Below, one piece after another: positions 19,030 through 28,581 of a DNA stretch of 64,000 bases (position 1 is its first letter; each line of letters opens with the position of its first letter). The DNA is from Acidimicrobiales bacterium. Lineage in GTDB: Bacteria > Actinomycetota > Acidimicrobiia > Acidimicrobiales > DATDAH01. The position numbers and the translations under genes were made by a program. Where the stretch lies: positions 5,757-69,756 of the forward strand of contig JAYRVH010000054.1 in NCBI GenBank assembly GCA_041918615.1. The letters run 5' to 3'. The notes beneath the pieces were generated by a model. It saw only the letters and a program-made list of their open reading frames with translations. It searched no databases and was not told the DNA's origin.

Positions 19030-19080
19030 GACCAGGGGTGGCACGACCAGGGGTGGCAAGACCAGGGGTTGCACGACCAC
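19030..19080. repeat. 15-bp tandem repeat, about 3.4 copies
   Basis: gaccaggggtggcac / gaccaggggtggcaa / gaccaggggttgcac / gaccac lies directly upstream of the conserved folP start. Confidence 0.9.
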
Positions 19081-19193
19081 CGATCGTACCGCCAGCCGTC
19101 AAATCGACGGCCGGGCGAGGGACGGTGGGTCCTTCCCCGACGCTCGGCGAGCGCCCGGCGCCCGCCGCACGCAAGGCCCGTAGGCTGCGGCCC

Positions 19194-20642
19194 ATGCCGA
19201 ACGCCGACGCCGTCCCCGTGCAGGTGACCGAGCCTCTCGCCCCACCGGTCGTGCGCTCCCCCTCCGATGTCCTGCGATCGGTGACGGCGGCCGCGCTGCT
19301 GGTGGCCCTCCTGCTGCTCGGGGCGCTGCTGGGCGACCAGGTGACCGGCTTCGTCGCCGACCTGCTGGCCGGAGTGGATGCGCTGGGAGCGGCGCTGCTC
19401 ACCGCCGTGGTGGTCGGCACGCGGCTCCTCGTCGTCGTGGTCGTCCTCGCCGGCCTCGGGGCGACCGTCGTCACGTACCGGTGGCGCCTGTTGGCCACGG
19501 GCATCGGGGCCGCCGCGCTCGGCGCCGTGCTGGCCGCACTGACCGGCAGCGCGGCGGACAGCAGCGAGGCGGCGCTCGTCAACCCTTCCCAAAGCCTCGG
19601 GCTGATCAGCGGCGAGGAGTTCCCCACCCTCGCCGGGCTCGGGGCGGCCGCCGCCCTGGTCACGGCGGCGGCGCCGTGGCTTCCCCGTCGTTGGCGGCGG
19701 GTGGGTTGGGTCCTCGTCGTGGGCCTGGCGGTGTCCCGGTTCCTCACCGCCCCGGTGTCGCTCGACGTGCTCATCGCCCTGGTCAGTGGCTGGCTGGCCG
19801 GATCGCTCGTGCTCGTCGTCGCGGGCGGCCCGAACCGGCGGCCGGGCGGCCTGGCGGTGGCCGACGCCCTCGTCGCCTCCGGCGTGCCGCTTGCGTCGCT
19901 GAAGCGGGCCGACGTGGACGCCCGGGGATCGACCCCGTTCTTCGGCCGCACGGCCGACGACACCATGGTGTTCGCCAAGGTGGTGGCCCGTGACGAGCGC
20001 AGTGCCGATCTGCTCTTCCGGCTCTATCGGTTCGCCGTGCCCCGTGACCTCGGCGACGAGCGCCCGTTCTCGTCGCTGCGGCGCATGGTGGAGCACGAGG
20101 CCCTGGTCTCGCTGGTCGCCCGGGATGCCGGCGTGGAGACCCCCCGCTTCCTCGCCTTCGCGGCAGCCGAGCCCGGCGGGTTCGTCCTGTCCTACGAGGG
20201 CATCGACGGCTCCTCGCTCGACGGCGTCGATGATGCCCGGCTCACCGATTCGGTGCTCGACGACATCTGGGGCCAGATCGCACTGTTGCGGGTGCACCGC
20301 ATCGCCCACCGCGACCTGCGCCTGGCCAACGTCTTCCTCGGCGCGGACGACCGCGTCTCGCTGATCGACTTCGGCTTCAGTGAGTTGGCGGCGTCAGACC
20401 TGCTGCTTCGCACCGACATCGCCGAGTTGCTGGCGTCGCTCACCCTGGCGGTGGGCACCGACCGGGCGGTGGCCGCCGCGACCCGGGCGCTCGGCACCGC
20501 ACCCCTCGCCGACGCCGCCGACCGCCTCACCCCGGGCGCGCTCAGTGGCGCCACCCGCACCGCCTACAAGCCCCAGCCCGACCTGCTGCATGCCCTCGCC
20601 ACCGCCTGCCGGTCGGCGGCCGACCCTGTGCTCGAGGGGTAG
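19194..20642 (+). CDS. membrane-anchored atypical protein-kinase-like (RIO/Kdo-lipid-kinase-like) protein
   Basis: ATG at 19194 (MPNADAVPV). About 6 predicted hydrophobic helices, then a kinase-like domain with VFAKVV (beta3 Lys), HRIAHRDLRLANVFL (catalytic loop) and LIDFGFSE (DFG). Confidence 0.65.
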   Translation: MPNADAVPVQVTEPLAPPVVRSPSDVLRSVTAAALLVALLLLGALLGDQVTGFVADLLAGVDALGAALLTAVVVGTRLLVVVVVLAGLGATVVTYRWRLLATGIGAAALGAVLAALTGSAADSSEAALVNPSQSLGLISGEEFPTLAGLGAAAALVTAAAPWLPRRWRRVGWVLVVGLAVSRFLTAPVSLDVLIALVSGWLAGSLVLVVAGGPNRRPGGLAVADALVASGVPLASLKRADVDARGSTPFFGRTADDTMVFAKVVARDERSADLLFRLYRFAVPRDLGDERPFSSLRRMVEHEALVSLVARDAGVETPRFLAFAAAEPGGFVLSYEGIDGSSLDGVDDARLTDSVLDDIWGQIALLRVHRIAHRDLRLANVFLGADDRVSLIDFGFSELAASDLLLRTDIAELLASLTLAVGTDRAVAAATRALGTAPLADAADRLTPGALSGATRTAYKPQPDLLHALATACRSAADPVLEG

Positions 20643-20718
20643 TCGGGTCGCTGGGTACCCAGGTCCAGCGTGACGATGCTGGCGCCGAGCCGGACTGGTC
20701 GGCGCCTGAGCCCGAAGT

Positions 20719-20757
20719 CGAGGCAACAGCGATCGGAACCCGATCGCTATTGCCTCG
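20719..20757. terminator. 18-bp-stem palindromic hairpin in a convergent gap (bidirectional terminator or REP-like element)
   Basis: cGAGGCAACAGCGATCGG-aac-CCGATCGCTATTGCCTCg with one mismatch. It lies between the kinase-like gene stop (20642) and the folE stop (20769). A second related copy is at 41505-41541. Confidence 0.5.
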
Positions 20758-20768
20758 GGAATGACGGG

Positions 20769-21380
20769 TTACGCGCCGAGGAAGCGCATGGCCTCGGCGC
20801 GGGTGGCGACGTTGTCGCGGAAGAGGCCCCGGACCGCCGAGGTGACGGTGCTGGAACCGGCCTTGCGCACGCCCCGCATCGACATGCACAGGTGCTCGGC
20901 CTCGATGACCACGAGCACGCCCTTGGGGTCGAGGGTGCGCTCGATCTCGTCGGCGATCTGCGAGGTGAGCCGCTCCTGCACCTGCGGGCGCTTGGCGTAG
21001 GCGTCGACCAGGCGGGCCAGCTTCGACAGTCCCGTGATGCGCCCGTCGTTGCCGGGGATGTAGGCCACGTGGGCCTTGCCCAGGAACGGCACCAGGTGGT
21101 GCTCGCAGTTCGAGTAGAGCGGGATGTCGCGGACCATCACCATCTCGTCGTGGTCGGCCTCGAACGTGACCTGGAGGTGGTGGTCGGCCGACTCGCGCAG
21201 GCCGGCGAACACCTCCTCGTACATCGCCGCGACCCGGGCCGGGGTGCGCACCAGGCCGTCGCGCTCGGGGTCCTCGCCGATGGCCAGGAGGATCTCGCGG
21301 ACCGCAGCCTCGATGCGCGGCTTGTCGACGGGTGGCAGGCCGTTGAAGGCTGCCGTGCCGTCGGGCGGCGACGCCGTCAC
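20769..21380 (-). CDS. folE: GTP cyclohydrolase I
   Basis: The GTG at 21380 overlaps the ftsH TGA (GTGA). Signature [20 protein letters not shown] and [12 protein letters not shown]. Confidence 0.93.
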   Translation of the reverse strand: MTASPPDGTAAFNGLPPVDKPRIEAAVREILLAIGEDPERDGLVRTPARVAAMYEEVFAGLRESADHHLQVTFEADHDEMVMVRDIPLYSNCEHHLVPFLGKAHVAYIPGNDGRITGLSKLARLVDAYAKRPQVQERLTSQIADEIERTLDPKGVLVVIEAEHLCMSMRGVRKAGSSTVTSAVRGLFRDNVATRAEAMRFLGA

Positions 21381-23308
21381 GGCCGCCACCGCCGACGGGG
21401 CTTTGCCTCCGTCGACCCGAGGTTGGTGGTCCGCACCCGGTCGGCGGCCAGTTCGGGCGGCGCGACCGACGCGGTGCCCGGCCGACCGTCCCAGGTGCCC
21501 AGGTCGGCGAACAGCGCCGTGAGCATCTCCTCGTCGAGGGTCTCGTGCTCGATGAGCCCTTCGGCCAGGCGGTCGAGGGTGGCCCGGTGCAACGTCAGGA
21601 TCTCGGCGGCCTCGGTGTGGGCCTCGTCGATGAGGCGGCGCACCTCGTCGTCGATGTCGCTCGCCACCTGGTCGGAGTAGTTGGGCTCGTGGCCCATCTC
21701 CTTGCCCAGGAAGACCTCGCCGTTTCGGTGCCCCAACTGTCGGGGGCCGAGGGCGTCGCTCATGCCGTACTCGGTGACCATGGCCATGGCGATCTTGGTG
21801 GCGCGCTCGATGTCGTCTGCCGCGCCGGTGGTCGGGTCGCCGAATATGAGCTCCTCGGCGGTGCGGCCACCAAGGAGCATGGCGAGCTGGTCGCGGAGCT
21901 CCGACCGGGTGCTTAGGTACTTGTCCTCGGTGGGCAGGGCGAGGGTCCACCCGAGCGCCCGGCCTCGGGCGATGATCGACACCTTGTGGATCGGGTCGGT
22001 GTTGGGGAGCAGGTGGCCCACCAGGGCGTGACCGCTCTCGTGGTAGGCGATGACCTGCTTCTCCTTGTCGGACATCACCCGGCTCTTGCGCTCGGCCCCC
22101 GCGATCACGCGATCCATGGCGTCGCTGAGCACCGCCATGTCGATCCGCTCGCCGCCGCGACGAGCCGACAGCAGGGCCGCTTCGTTCATCAGGTTGGCCA
22201 GATCCGCGCCGGTGAAGCCCGGCGTCCGGCGGGCGACCACGTCGAGGTCGACGTCGTGGTCGAGCGGCTTGCCCTTGGCGTGCACGTTGAGGATCGCCCG
22301 TCGACCCGGCAGGTCGGGCCGGTCGACCACGATCTGGCGGTCGAAGCGCCCTGGGCGCAGGAGGGCCGGATCGAGGATGTCGGGACGGTTGGTCGCGGCG
22401 ATGAGGATCACCCCGCCGGCGACGTCGAAGCCGTCCATCTCGACCAGCAGCTGGTTGAGGGTCTGCTCGCGCTCGTCGTGCCCGCCGCCCAGCCCGGCGC
22501 CGCGGTGTCGACCGACGGCGTCGATCTCGTCCACGAAGATGATGGCGGGAGCGGCCGCCTTGGCCTGCTCGAACAGGTCGCGCACCCGGCTGGCCCCCAC
22601 GCCCACGAACATCTCCACGAAGTCCGAGCCGGAGATCGAGAAGAACGGCGCGTCGGCCTCGCCGGCGACGGCCCGGGCGAGCAACGTCTTGCCGGTGCCG
22701 GGCGGGCCGTAGAGCAGCACGCCCTTGGGGATCTTGGCGCCCAGGGCCTGGAACTTGGCGGGCGACCGCAGGAAGTCCTTGATCTCCTGGAGCTCCTCGA
22801 CCGCCTCGTCGGCCCCGGCCACGTCGGCGAAGGTGACGCTGGGCTGGTCCTTGTCCACCTTCTTGGTGCGGGCCTTGCCGAACTTCATGACCCGACCGCC
22901 GCCGCCCTGCATCTGGGTCATGAAGAAGACGAAGACGCCCACGAGGAGGAGGATCGGCAGCAGGCTGGCCAGGAGCGACACCCAGAACGAGTCCTGCTGC
23001 TGGTCGACCGACAGCTCGATGCCCGGCTCGGCGTCGGCGAGCTCGGTGGTGAGCTCGTCGCCGAACTCCTGGGGATAGACGGCCACGTACTTCGTGCCGT
23101 CCCGCAGCTCGCCCCGGACCTCGTCGTCGCGGTCCTTGATCTCGGCCGTCTTCACGTTGCCGTCGGCGACCTCGCTGCGGAACTCGTCGAGGGTCAGCTC
23201 TTCGGGCGAATCGGCGCGGAACAACCACGAGCTGAGCATCAGGCTCACGAGCAGGACGGCCCCGAGCGACAGGGCGAGGCGATAGCGGGGCTTCACGGTG
23301 AGCGCCAA
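21377..23308 (-). CDS. ftsH: ATP-dependent zinc metalloprotease FtsH
   Basis: 643 aa. Two N-terminal TM helices, AAA+ Walker [12 protein letters not shown], Walker [12 protein letters not shown], and the HESGHAL zinc motif. Confidence 0.97.
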   Translation of the reverse strand: MALTVKPRYRLALSLGAVLLVSLMLSSWLFRADSPEELTLDEFRSEVADGNVKTAEIKDRDDEVRGELRDGTKYVAVYPQEFGDELTTELADAEPGIELSVDQQQDSFWVSLLASLLPILLLVGVFVFFMTQMQGGGGRVMKFGKARTKKVDKDQPSVTFADVAGADEAVEELQEIKDFLRSPAKFQALGAKIPKGVLLYGPPGTGKTLLARAVAGEADAPFFSISGSDFVEMFVGVGASRVRDLFEQAKAAAPAIIFVDEIDAVGRHRGAGLGGGHDEREQTLNQLLVEMDGFDVAGGVILIAATNRPDILDPALLRPGRFDRQIVVDRPDLPGRRAILNVHAKGKPLDHDVDLDVVARRTPGFTGADLANLMNEAALLSARRGGERIDMAVLSDAMDRVIAGAERKSRVMSDKEKQVIAYHESGHALVGHLLPNTDPIHKVSIIARGRALGWTLALPTEDKYLSTRSELRDQLAMLLGGRTAEELIFGDPTTGAADDIERATKIAMAMVTEYGMSDALGPRQLGHRNGEVFLGKEMGHEPNYSDQVASDIDDEVRRLIDEAHTEAAEILTLHRATLDRLAEGLIEHETLDEEMLTALFADLGTWDGRPGTASVAPPELAADRVRTTNLGSTEAKPRRRWRP

Positions 23309-23436
23309 GGATACCTATTGCTTCGCTCTTCGCCTGCCGGCTCATCGCGCCGTCGAGGCCTCCTCGTCCCTCGTCGGCCGCACTCGCGTCCTCCGCTGGT
23401 GCGGGCGCCCTCCGTTCCTGCAGGAGGCAAGCGGGC

Positions 23437-24003
23437 CTACCCTCGCACCTCGTCGCCCGCCCAGGCACACACGTAGGGCAGGTTTCGGTAGCGCTCACCG
23501 ACATCGAGGCCGTAACCGACCACGAAGTCGGAGGGGATGCGGAAGCCGACGTAGCGGAGATCGGGCTCGGCGGGCGTGGGGACATCGCGGACGAGCAGCG
23601 CGCACACGTCGAGGCTGGCGGGGTTGCGGGCCAGCAGGTTGCGGCGGAGGTAGCTGAGGGTGAGGCCGCTGTCTACGATGTCCTCCACCAGGAGGACGTG
23701 CCGCTCCGACAGGTCGAGGTCGAGGTCCTTGACGATCCGCACCACGCCGCTGGTCCGGGTGGAGCTGCCGTAGGACGCGACCGCCATGAAGTCGAACTCG
23801 ACCGGCAGGTCGATCTGACGGGCGAGGTCGGCCATGAACATGAAGGCGCCCTTGAGCACGCCGACCAGCAGCGGGGCGCGGCCGACGAAATCGGCGGTGA
23901 TCTCCTTGCCGAGGGCCTCGATCCGCTCGCGCAGTTCGAGCTCACCCACGATGACCCGTCCCAGGTTCGGGTCATCGGCTGGCACCGGCGCGACTGGCTC
24001 CAC
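23437..24003 (-). CDS. hpt: hypoxanthine phosphoribosyltransferase
   Basis: 188 aa with the PRPP-binding motif [14 protein letters not shown]. Confidence 0.93.
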   Translation of the reverse strand: MEPVAPVPADDPNLGRVIVGELELRERIEALGKEITADFVGRAPLLVGVLKGAFMFMADLARQIDLPVEFDFMAVASYGSSTRTSGVVRIVKDLDLDLSERHVLLVEDIVDSGLTLSYLRRNLLARNPASLDVCALLVRDVPTPAEPDLRYVGFRIPSDFVVGYGLDVGERYRNLPYVCAWAGDEVRG

Positions 24004-24108
24004 GAGGCGCAGGCTAGCGAGGTCGCCGAGCCGAGGACGGCGGCGGCGCCCGCCGTCGCACCGTCACGGCAGATGCCTCATCGGCGCGGCGAGCGCCTGA
24101 CGGCTCGC

Positions 24109-25029
24109 TCAATCTGGGGCAGCCGGCCCCACGAGCCGGAGCACGCCCTTGCTGCGGGTGACGCGCCAACCGGCGCCGACGTCGGCGGCCTTCGCTTCGT
24201 GGCGCGCCACTGCGAGGACGCGCTCGACGGTGGCGGCGTCGGGCGGGTGCTCGGACGCGGGGCCCTGCCGGAGCCAGGCCCGGACCGCCAGGCGGGCCAG
24301 CGCGGGAGGAGCGGCCGCCAACGCTGTCGCCTCGGTGGGGTCGAGGTCGGCGGCCATGCCCGCGAGGAGGTCGTTCTCGTCGCGGAGCAGGTCGGCCTGC
24401 CGGCAGAGCACCGGCACCACATCGCGCTCGGCCAGGTCGTCGAGCAGTGGCAGCAACTCGTGACGCACCCGGTTGCGACGGAACGCGGGGTCGTCGTTCG
24501 ACGGGTCGACCACCGGGGTGAGGCCCAGCGCGTCGCAGAGCGCAACGGTCTCCGACCGGCGCAGGTCGAGGAGCGGGCGACGCCCGTCTCGGCGCATGCC
24601 GGCCATGCCTGACGAGCCCGCTCCCCGCAACAGGTTGAGCAGCACGGTCTCGGCCTGGTCGTCAGCCGTGTGGCCGGTGAGCACATCGGGCGGGAGAACG
24701 GCGTACCGGGCGGCGCGGGCCCGGGCCTCGAGGTTCGGCCCCGGCACCACGTCGACCCGCTCGGCTCGGAACGCGGCGCCGAACCGCTCGGACGCGGCCG
24801 CGACCACGCTGGCCTCGCCGTCGGAGCCGCGCCGCAGGGCGTGGTCGACGTGCACCGCCGTCACGTCGAGCGCGCCCGCCACCGCCAGCACCAACAGCGC
24901 CATCGAGTCGGCGCCCCCCGAGACCGCGCAGGTCACGGCCGTGCCGCGGGCGGGGAACGCGCAGCGTTCGACCAGCGCCTCGACCAACGCTTCGGCTGGC
25001 TGCCAGGGCGAGGGCTCCAGGTCAGCCAC
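24109..25029 (-). CDS. tilS: tRNA(Ile)-lysidine synthase
   Basis: 306 aa with PP-loop AVSGGADSMAL. Located next to hpt and ftsH, as in many bacteria. Confidence 0.9.
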   Translation of the reverse strand: MADLEPSPWQPAEALVEALVERCAFPARGTAVTCAVSGGADSMALLVLAVAGALDVTAVHVDHALRRGSDGEASVVAAASERFGAAFRAERVDVVPGPNLEARARAARYAVLPPDVLTGHTADDQAETVLLNLLRGAGSSGMAGMRRDGRRPLLDLRRSETVALCDALGLTPVVDPSNDDPAFRRNRVRHELLPLLDDLAERDVVPVLCRQADLLRDENDLLAGMAADLDPTEATALAAAPPALARLAVRAWLRQGPASEHPPDAATVERVLAVARHEAKAADVGAGWRVTRSKGVLRLVGPAAPD

Positions 25030-25053
25030 CGCCTGCCGAGAACAGGGCGGGGG

Positions 25054-26127
25054 TCACCCGGCCAGGGTCTTGGGGGCCCGCATCCGGGAGATCCAGCGGC
25101 CCGGGTCGCGGATCTCCTCCATCGAGGGAAGCGATTCGGCTCCCGTCCATGCCTCGTCGAGCAACGCAGGGCCGCCCACGGCCTCGACGGCCGCGATGAA
25201 CTGCTCGCCCTGCACGTACTGGTTGAGCTTGGCCTCGAGCCCCACGAGCTTCTGGAGCAGGCGAACCAGGGCGTTCGACTGCTGACGGCGGATTCGGAGA
25301 ACCCGGCTGAAGCGCTCGGCGCTCGGGATGCGATCGGCGCCGGCCCGGTCCATGGTGACGTCGCCGTGGCCCTCGAGCAGGCTCATCATGCCCGAGATCT
25401 GGTTCAGCACCTCGAGCTGGGACGGGCTCGCGAGGAGCACGGCGAGCCCGCCCTCATCGAGCGGGTTCCTGCCGGTGCGCACGCCCTCGGCCACCCGCCC
25501 GATGGCGTCGATGAACCGCTTGGGATCAGGGTCGACGGCGGCAAGGGTCTGGTCCACCAGCGACAGGAAGTGCTGTCGAAGCCACGGGATGCCGGTGAAC
25601 TGCGCCCGGTGGGTGACCTCGTGCAGCGCGAGCCACAGCCGGAACTCGCGCGGCGGGAAGGCGAAGTGCTTCTCGAGGGCCAACACGTTGGGGCCCACGT
25701 AGTAGACGAGGTCCTGGTCTTCGGGCTTCTCGTCGTCGACGATCAACATGTCGTACTGACCGAGGACCCGGGTGGACATCCAGCCGAGCATGAGGCCGAC
25801 CTCGGCCCCGGCGACCCCGCGGGCCACCGGCGCGAGCGGGCCCGCGCCCATTCGGTCGGCAAAGCGATCGGTGAGGGGGCGCAGCAACCGTTGGAACGAG
25901 GCGATGTTGGCCCGCACCCAGTCGGACCGGTCGGTGACCCTGGCCCGGGCGGGACCGCTGAGTGATCGCAGGCCCGTCGCTTGGCCGACCAACTCTTCGG
26001 CCTGGACGGTGAGCTCCGCGAAATCGGTGCCCAGCGAGTCGTAGTGGTAGGACCGGGCGAACGGGTCGGTGCCGGCGACCCGCACGGCGACCCGCTCGGC
26101 GAGACCCCAGTCGACCGGGCCGCTCAC
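25054..26127 (-). CDS. zinc-dependent metalloprotease (DUF2342 family)
   Basis: HExxH motif LALHEVTHRAQF. Proposed GTG start at 26127 (VSGPVDWGLAERV), because the longer ORF would overlap the upstream small gene. Confidence 0.75.
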   Translation of the reverse strand: MSGPVDWGLAERVAVRVAGTDPFARSYHYDSLGTDFAELTVQAEELVGQATGLRSLSGPARARVTDRSDWVRANIASFQRLLRPLTDRFADRMGAGPLAPVARGVAGAEVGLMLGWMSTRVLGQYDMLIVDDEKPEDQDLVYYVGPNVLALEKHFAFPPREFRLWLALHEVTHRAQFTGIPWLRQHFLSLVDQTLAAVDPDPKRFIDAIGRVAEGVRTGRNPLDEGGLAVLLASPSQLEVLNQISGMMSLLEGHGDVTMDRAGADRIPSAERFSRVLRIRRQQSNALVRLLQKLVGLEAKLNQYVQGEQFIAAVEAVGGPALLDEAWTGAESLPSMEEIRDPGRWISRMRAPKTLAG

Positions 26128-26144
26128 CGCCGGGTCACCCGCGT

Positions 26145-26285
26145 TCAGCTCTTGGGGTACTTGGGAGCGACGACCTTCACGAGATAGCCGACGAAGGTGG
26201 CGATGACGACGAGCAGGGCCAGGCCGACCACCGCGGGGCCAATCCAGAAGTGCCACACCTTGGCGGCGACGAGAACGGCGTCCAT
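26145..26285 (-). CDS. possible 46-aa single-pass membrane protein
   Basis: MDAVLVAAKVWHFWIGPAVVGLALLVVIATFVGYLVKVVAPKYPKS has one clear TM helix. It lies immediately upstream of the metalloprotease gene. Confidence 0.4.
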   Translation of the reverse strand: MDAVLVAAKVWHFWIGPAVVGLALLVVIATFVGYLVKVVAPKYPKS

Positions 26286-26343
26286 GGGTGTGGAGCATAC
26301 GGGGTACGTTCGGCGACGAGGAAACGGGACGAAGAATCGAGCG

Positions 26344-27348
26344 GTGTTGTTGGGTCGACGATGGTGGTGCGCCATGGCGCCGGTGGTGGGCGCGATGCTC
26401 TCGGTGGCCGTCGTGGCCGCGTCGTGCTCGAGCGGCTCGCCCGGCTCGCCCGGCTCGGGATCGGCCGGGTCGGGCTCACCGTCGACACCGGCGGAACCGA
26501 CGACCACCACCACCCGGGCCGGGCCCTACCCCGTGCTCACCCACACCGAGACCCTGGTCGACGGCGGGCGCCCCACCCCCGACCTCCCCGAGACGGGTGT
26601 CCCGCCCGCCTCCGACCGCACGATGGTCACCACGTTCACCTACCCGGACGGACCGGGCCCGTTCCCGCTGGTTGCCTTCGCCCACGGCCAGGACGCCACA
26701 CCACGGAAGTTCGAGCAGCTGTTCGCGGCCTGGGCGGCGGCGGGCTTCGTCGTGGTGGCACCGGCCTTCCCGCTCAGCAACCAGGACGTGCCCGGCGCGG
26801 CGTCGATCCTCGACCTGCCGTCACAGCCCGGCGACCTGTCCTTCGTCATCTCGTCAGCGCTCCGCATGAACGGCGAGCCGGGCAGCGTCCTGCAGGGGAA
26901 GGTGGACCCCGAGGAGATCGGCGTGGCGGGCCTGTCGCTCGGCGGGGCCACGGTCTACGGGATCACCTTCGACGCCTGCTGCCTCGATTCCCGCGTCGAT
27001 GCCGCCATCGTCATGGACGGGGTCCACCCGGCGATCGGGGGTGCCTTCGACCTGGCCAACGGCACCCCACTCCTCATCATGCACGCGGACGGCGACTACC
27101 GGCTTCCCTACGCCAACGCACAGGAGGCGTTCGCCGCCGCGGTCGCCCCGAAGTACTTCGTCACCATCCACGAGGACGTCCACTTCCAGCCCTACGAGGA
27201 CGCACCCGACCCCGCCGATCAGATGGTGATCGACACCACCACCGCCTTCTGGCGGCTCTACCTCGGCCACGATGCGGCCGCCGCTGTCGACCTCAGCAGC
27301 AGCGCACGGGTCGACGGCCTGACCACGGTGATCGAGAACCCCGGCTGA
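26344..27348 (+). CDS. lipoprotein alpha/beta hydrolase (dienelactone hydrolase/PAF-acetylhydrolase-like)
   Basis: Candidate GTG at 26344 gives VLLGRRWWCAMAPVVGAMLSVAVVAASC (basic n-region plus lipobox). GLSLGG nucleophile elbow. An alternative ATG is at 26374. Confidence 0.75.
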   Translation: MLLGRRWWCAMAPVVGAMLSVAVVAASCSSGSPGSPGSGSAGSGSPSTPAEPTTTTTRAGPYPVLTHTETLVDGGRPTPDLPETGVPPASDRTMVTTFTYPDGPGPFPLVAFAHGQDATPRKFEQLFAAWAAAGFVVVAPAFPLSNQDVPGAASILDLPSQPGDLSFVISSALRMNGEPGSVLQGKVDPEEIGVAGLSLGGATVYGITFDACCLDSRVDAAIVMDGVHPAIGGAFDLANGTPLLIMHADGDYRLPYANAQEAFAAAVAPKYFVTIHEDVHFQPYEDAPDPADQMVIDTTTAFWRLYLGHDAAAAVDLSSSARVDGLTTVIENPG

Positions 27349-27360
27349 CAGCCCGAACAG

Positions 27361-27621
27361 CTAGCGCGTGTCGGAGGTCCGGGCCTGCTGGAGGGCGTCG
27401 GCGATCCGCAGGCGAAGCGATTCGGGCACCTCGTCGCGGCAACGCTGCGAGATGACCTTGCGGAGCTCGGCCTCGAAGCCCTGTGCGTCGAGGCACGGGG
27501 GGCAGTCGTCGAGGTGGGCCTTGATCTTCTCGCGCTTGTGGTCGGTGAGCTCGCCGTCGAGATAGGGCCAGATCTCGTGGAGAGTCTCCTCGCACTCTGG
27601 CTTCATCGGCTTCTCGCTCAT
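27361..27621 (-). CDS. rsrA: zinc-binding anti-sigma factor (RsrA/RshA type, ZAS)
   Basis: 86 aa with the HLDDCPPC (HxxxCxxC) motif plus an upstream Cys. Overlaps the sigma factor gene stop (ATGA). Confidence 0.88.
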   Translation of the reverse strand: MSEKPMKPECEETLHEIWPYLDGELTDHKREKIKAHLDDCPPCLDAQGFEAELRKVISQRCRDEVPESLRLRIADALQQARTSDTR

Positions 27622-28217
27622 CCTGCGTGCTCCACGACGTCGACGGCCTCGCCGGCGATGGGCACCAGGCCTCGCTCGACGGCATAGGTGTACAACGCCT
27701 TCTGCAGGCCCTTTCTTCCCCGGTGCAGTCGGCTCATCACCGTGCCGATGGGCACGTCGAGGATCTGGGCGATCTCCTTGTACGAGAAGCCCTCGACGTC
27801 GGCGAGCAGCACGGCGACACGGAACTTCTCGGGCAGCGACTCGATGGCGTCCTTGACCTCGCTGTCGGTGACATGGTCGAGCAGCTCGTCCTCGGCGCTA
27901 CGCCCCACCTCGGCGGCTTCGAGCCCACCCAGCCGCCGGTAGAGGTAGAGGTCTTCCACCTCGTCGAGCTCGGACTCCTCGGGGCGGCGCTTCTTGGCCC
28001 GGTAGTTGTTGATGAAGGTGTTGGTGAGAATCCGGTAGAGCCAGGCCTTCAGGTTGGTGCCCTCCTGGAATCCGCCGAAGCCCCGGTAGGCCTTCAGGTA
28101 GGTCTCCTGCACCAGGTCTTCGGCGTCGGCCGGGTTGCGCGTCATGCGCAGCGCCCCCGAGTAGAGCGAGCTCATGTGCTGCATCGCCTGCTCGGCGAAG
28201 TCCGCCTGGTCGGCCAT
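27618..28217 (-). CDS. sigH: ECF sigma factor, SigH/SigR type
   Basis: Start at [12 protein letters not shown] (ATG at 28217). Region 2 ([22 protein letters not shown]) and region 4 ([24 protein letters not shown]). Co-transcribed with the ZAS anti-sigma gene. Confidence 0.9.
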   Translation of the reverse strand: MADQADFAEQAMQHMSSLYSGALRMTRNPADAEDLVQETYLKAYRGFGGFQEGTNLKAWLYRILTNTFINNYRAKKRRPEESELDEVEDLYLYRRLGGLEAAEVGRSAEDELLDHVTDSEVKDAIESLPEKFRVAVLLADVEGFSYKEIAQILDVPIGTVMSRLHRGRKGLQKALYTYAVERGLVPIAGEAVDVVEHAG

Positions 28218-28581
28218 GCCCCAAACCCTACCGGTGGGCGGTCGGGCGGTCCCCACTCAGCGCGCGGCGCGCGGACCAGCCGCTGCCCGACGCCCCACCT
28301 TGATGGACGTGAGGTCGCCGGGGGCGGCCTGGTCGCTGCCCGCAGGCAGCCCCCCACCGTCCACGACCGTCTGCATCGGTCATGGGCCCACCGACGATGC
28401 CCGTGGGCCCGATCCGCAGAGGCCCGAAGCCGCACCCGTGGCGGCGAGCCAACGGGTCGTGCCTGCCACGAGGCCGACGGGAGACCACGCGATCCTCTGC
28501 CGCCGGCCATGGACGAGGTCGGCCGACGCCCCGGAGTGCGGTGGAGCGTCGACCGCCGGAAGGCAGAGGCAGCAGGCAGGT

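Noticed and set aside
28218-28581. SigH/SigR-type autoregulatory promoter (GGAAT-N18-GTT) or a small gene in the 364-bp region upstream of sigH
   Set aside because: I could not find a convincing GGAA(T/C)-N17-18-GTT match by eye; the nearest, GGGAC...GTT, has a spacer of about 22 nt. The ORFs here are Arg/Pro-rich shadows. No call is made.
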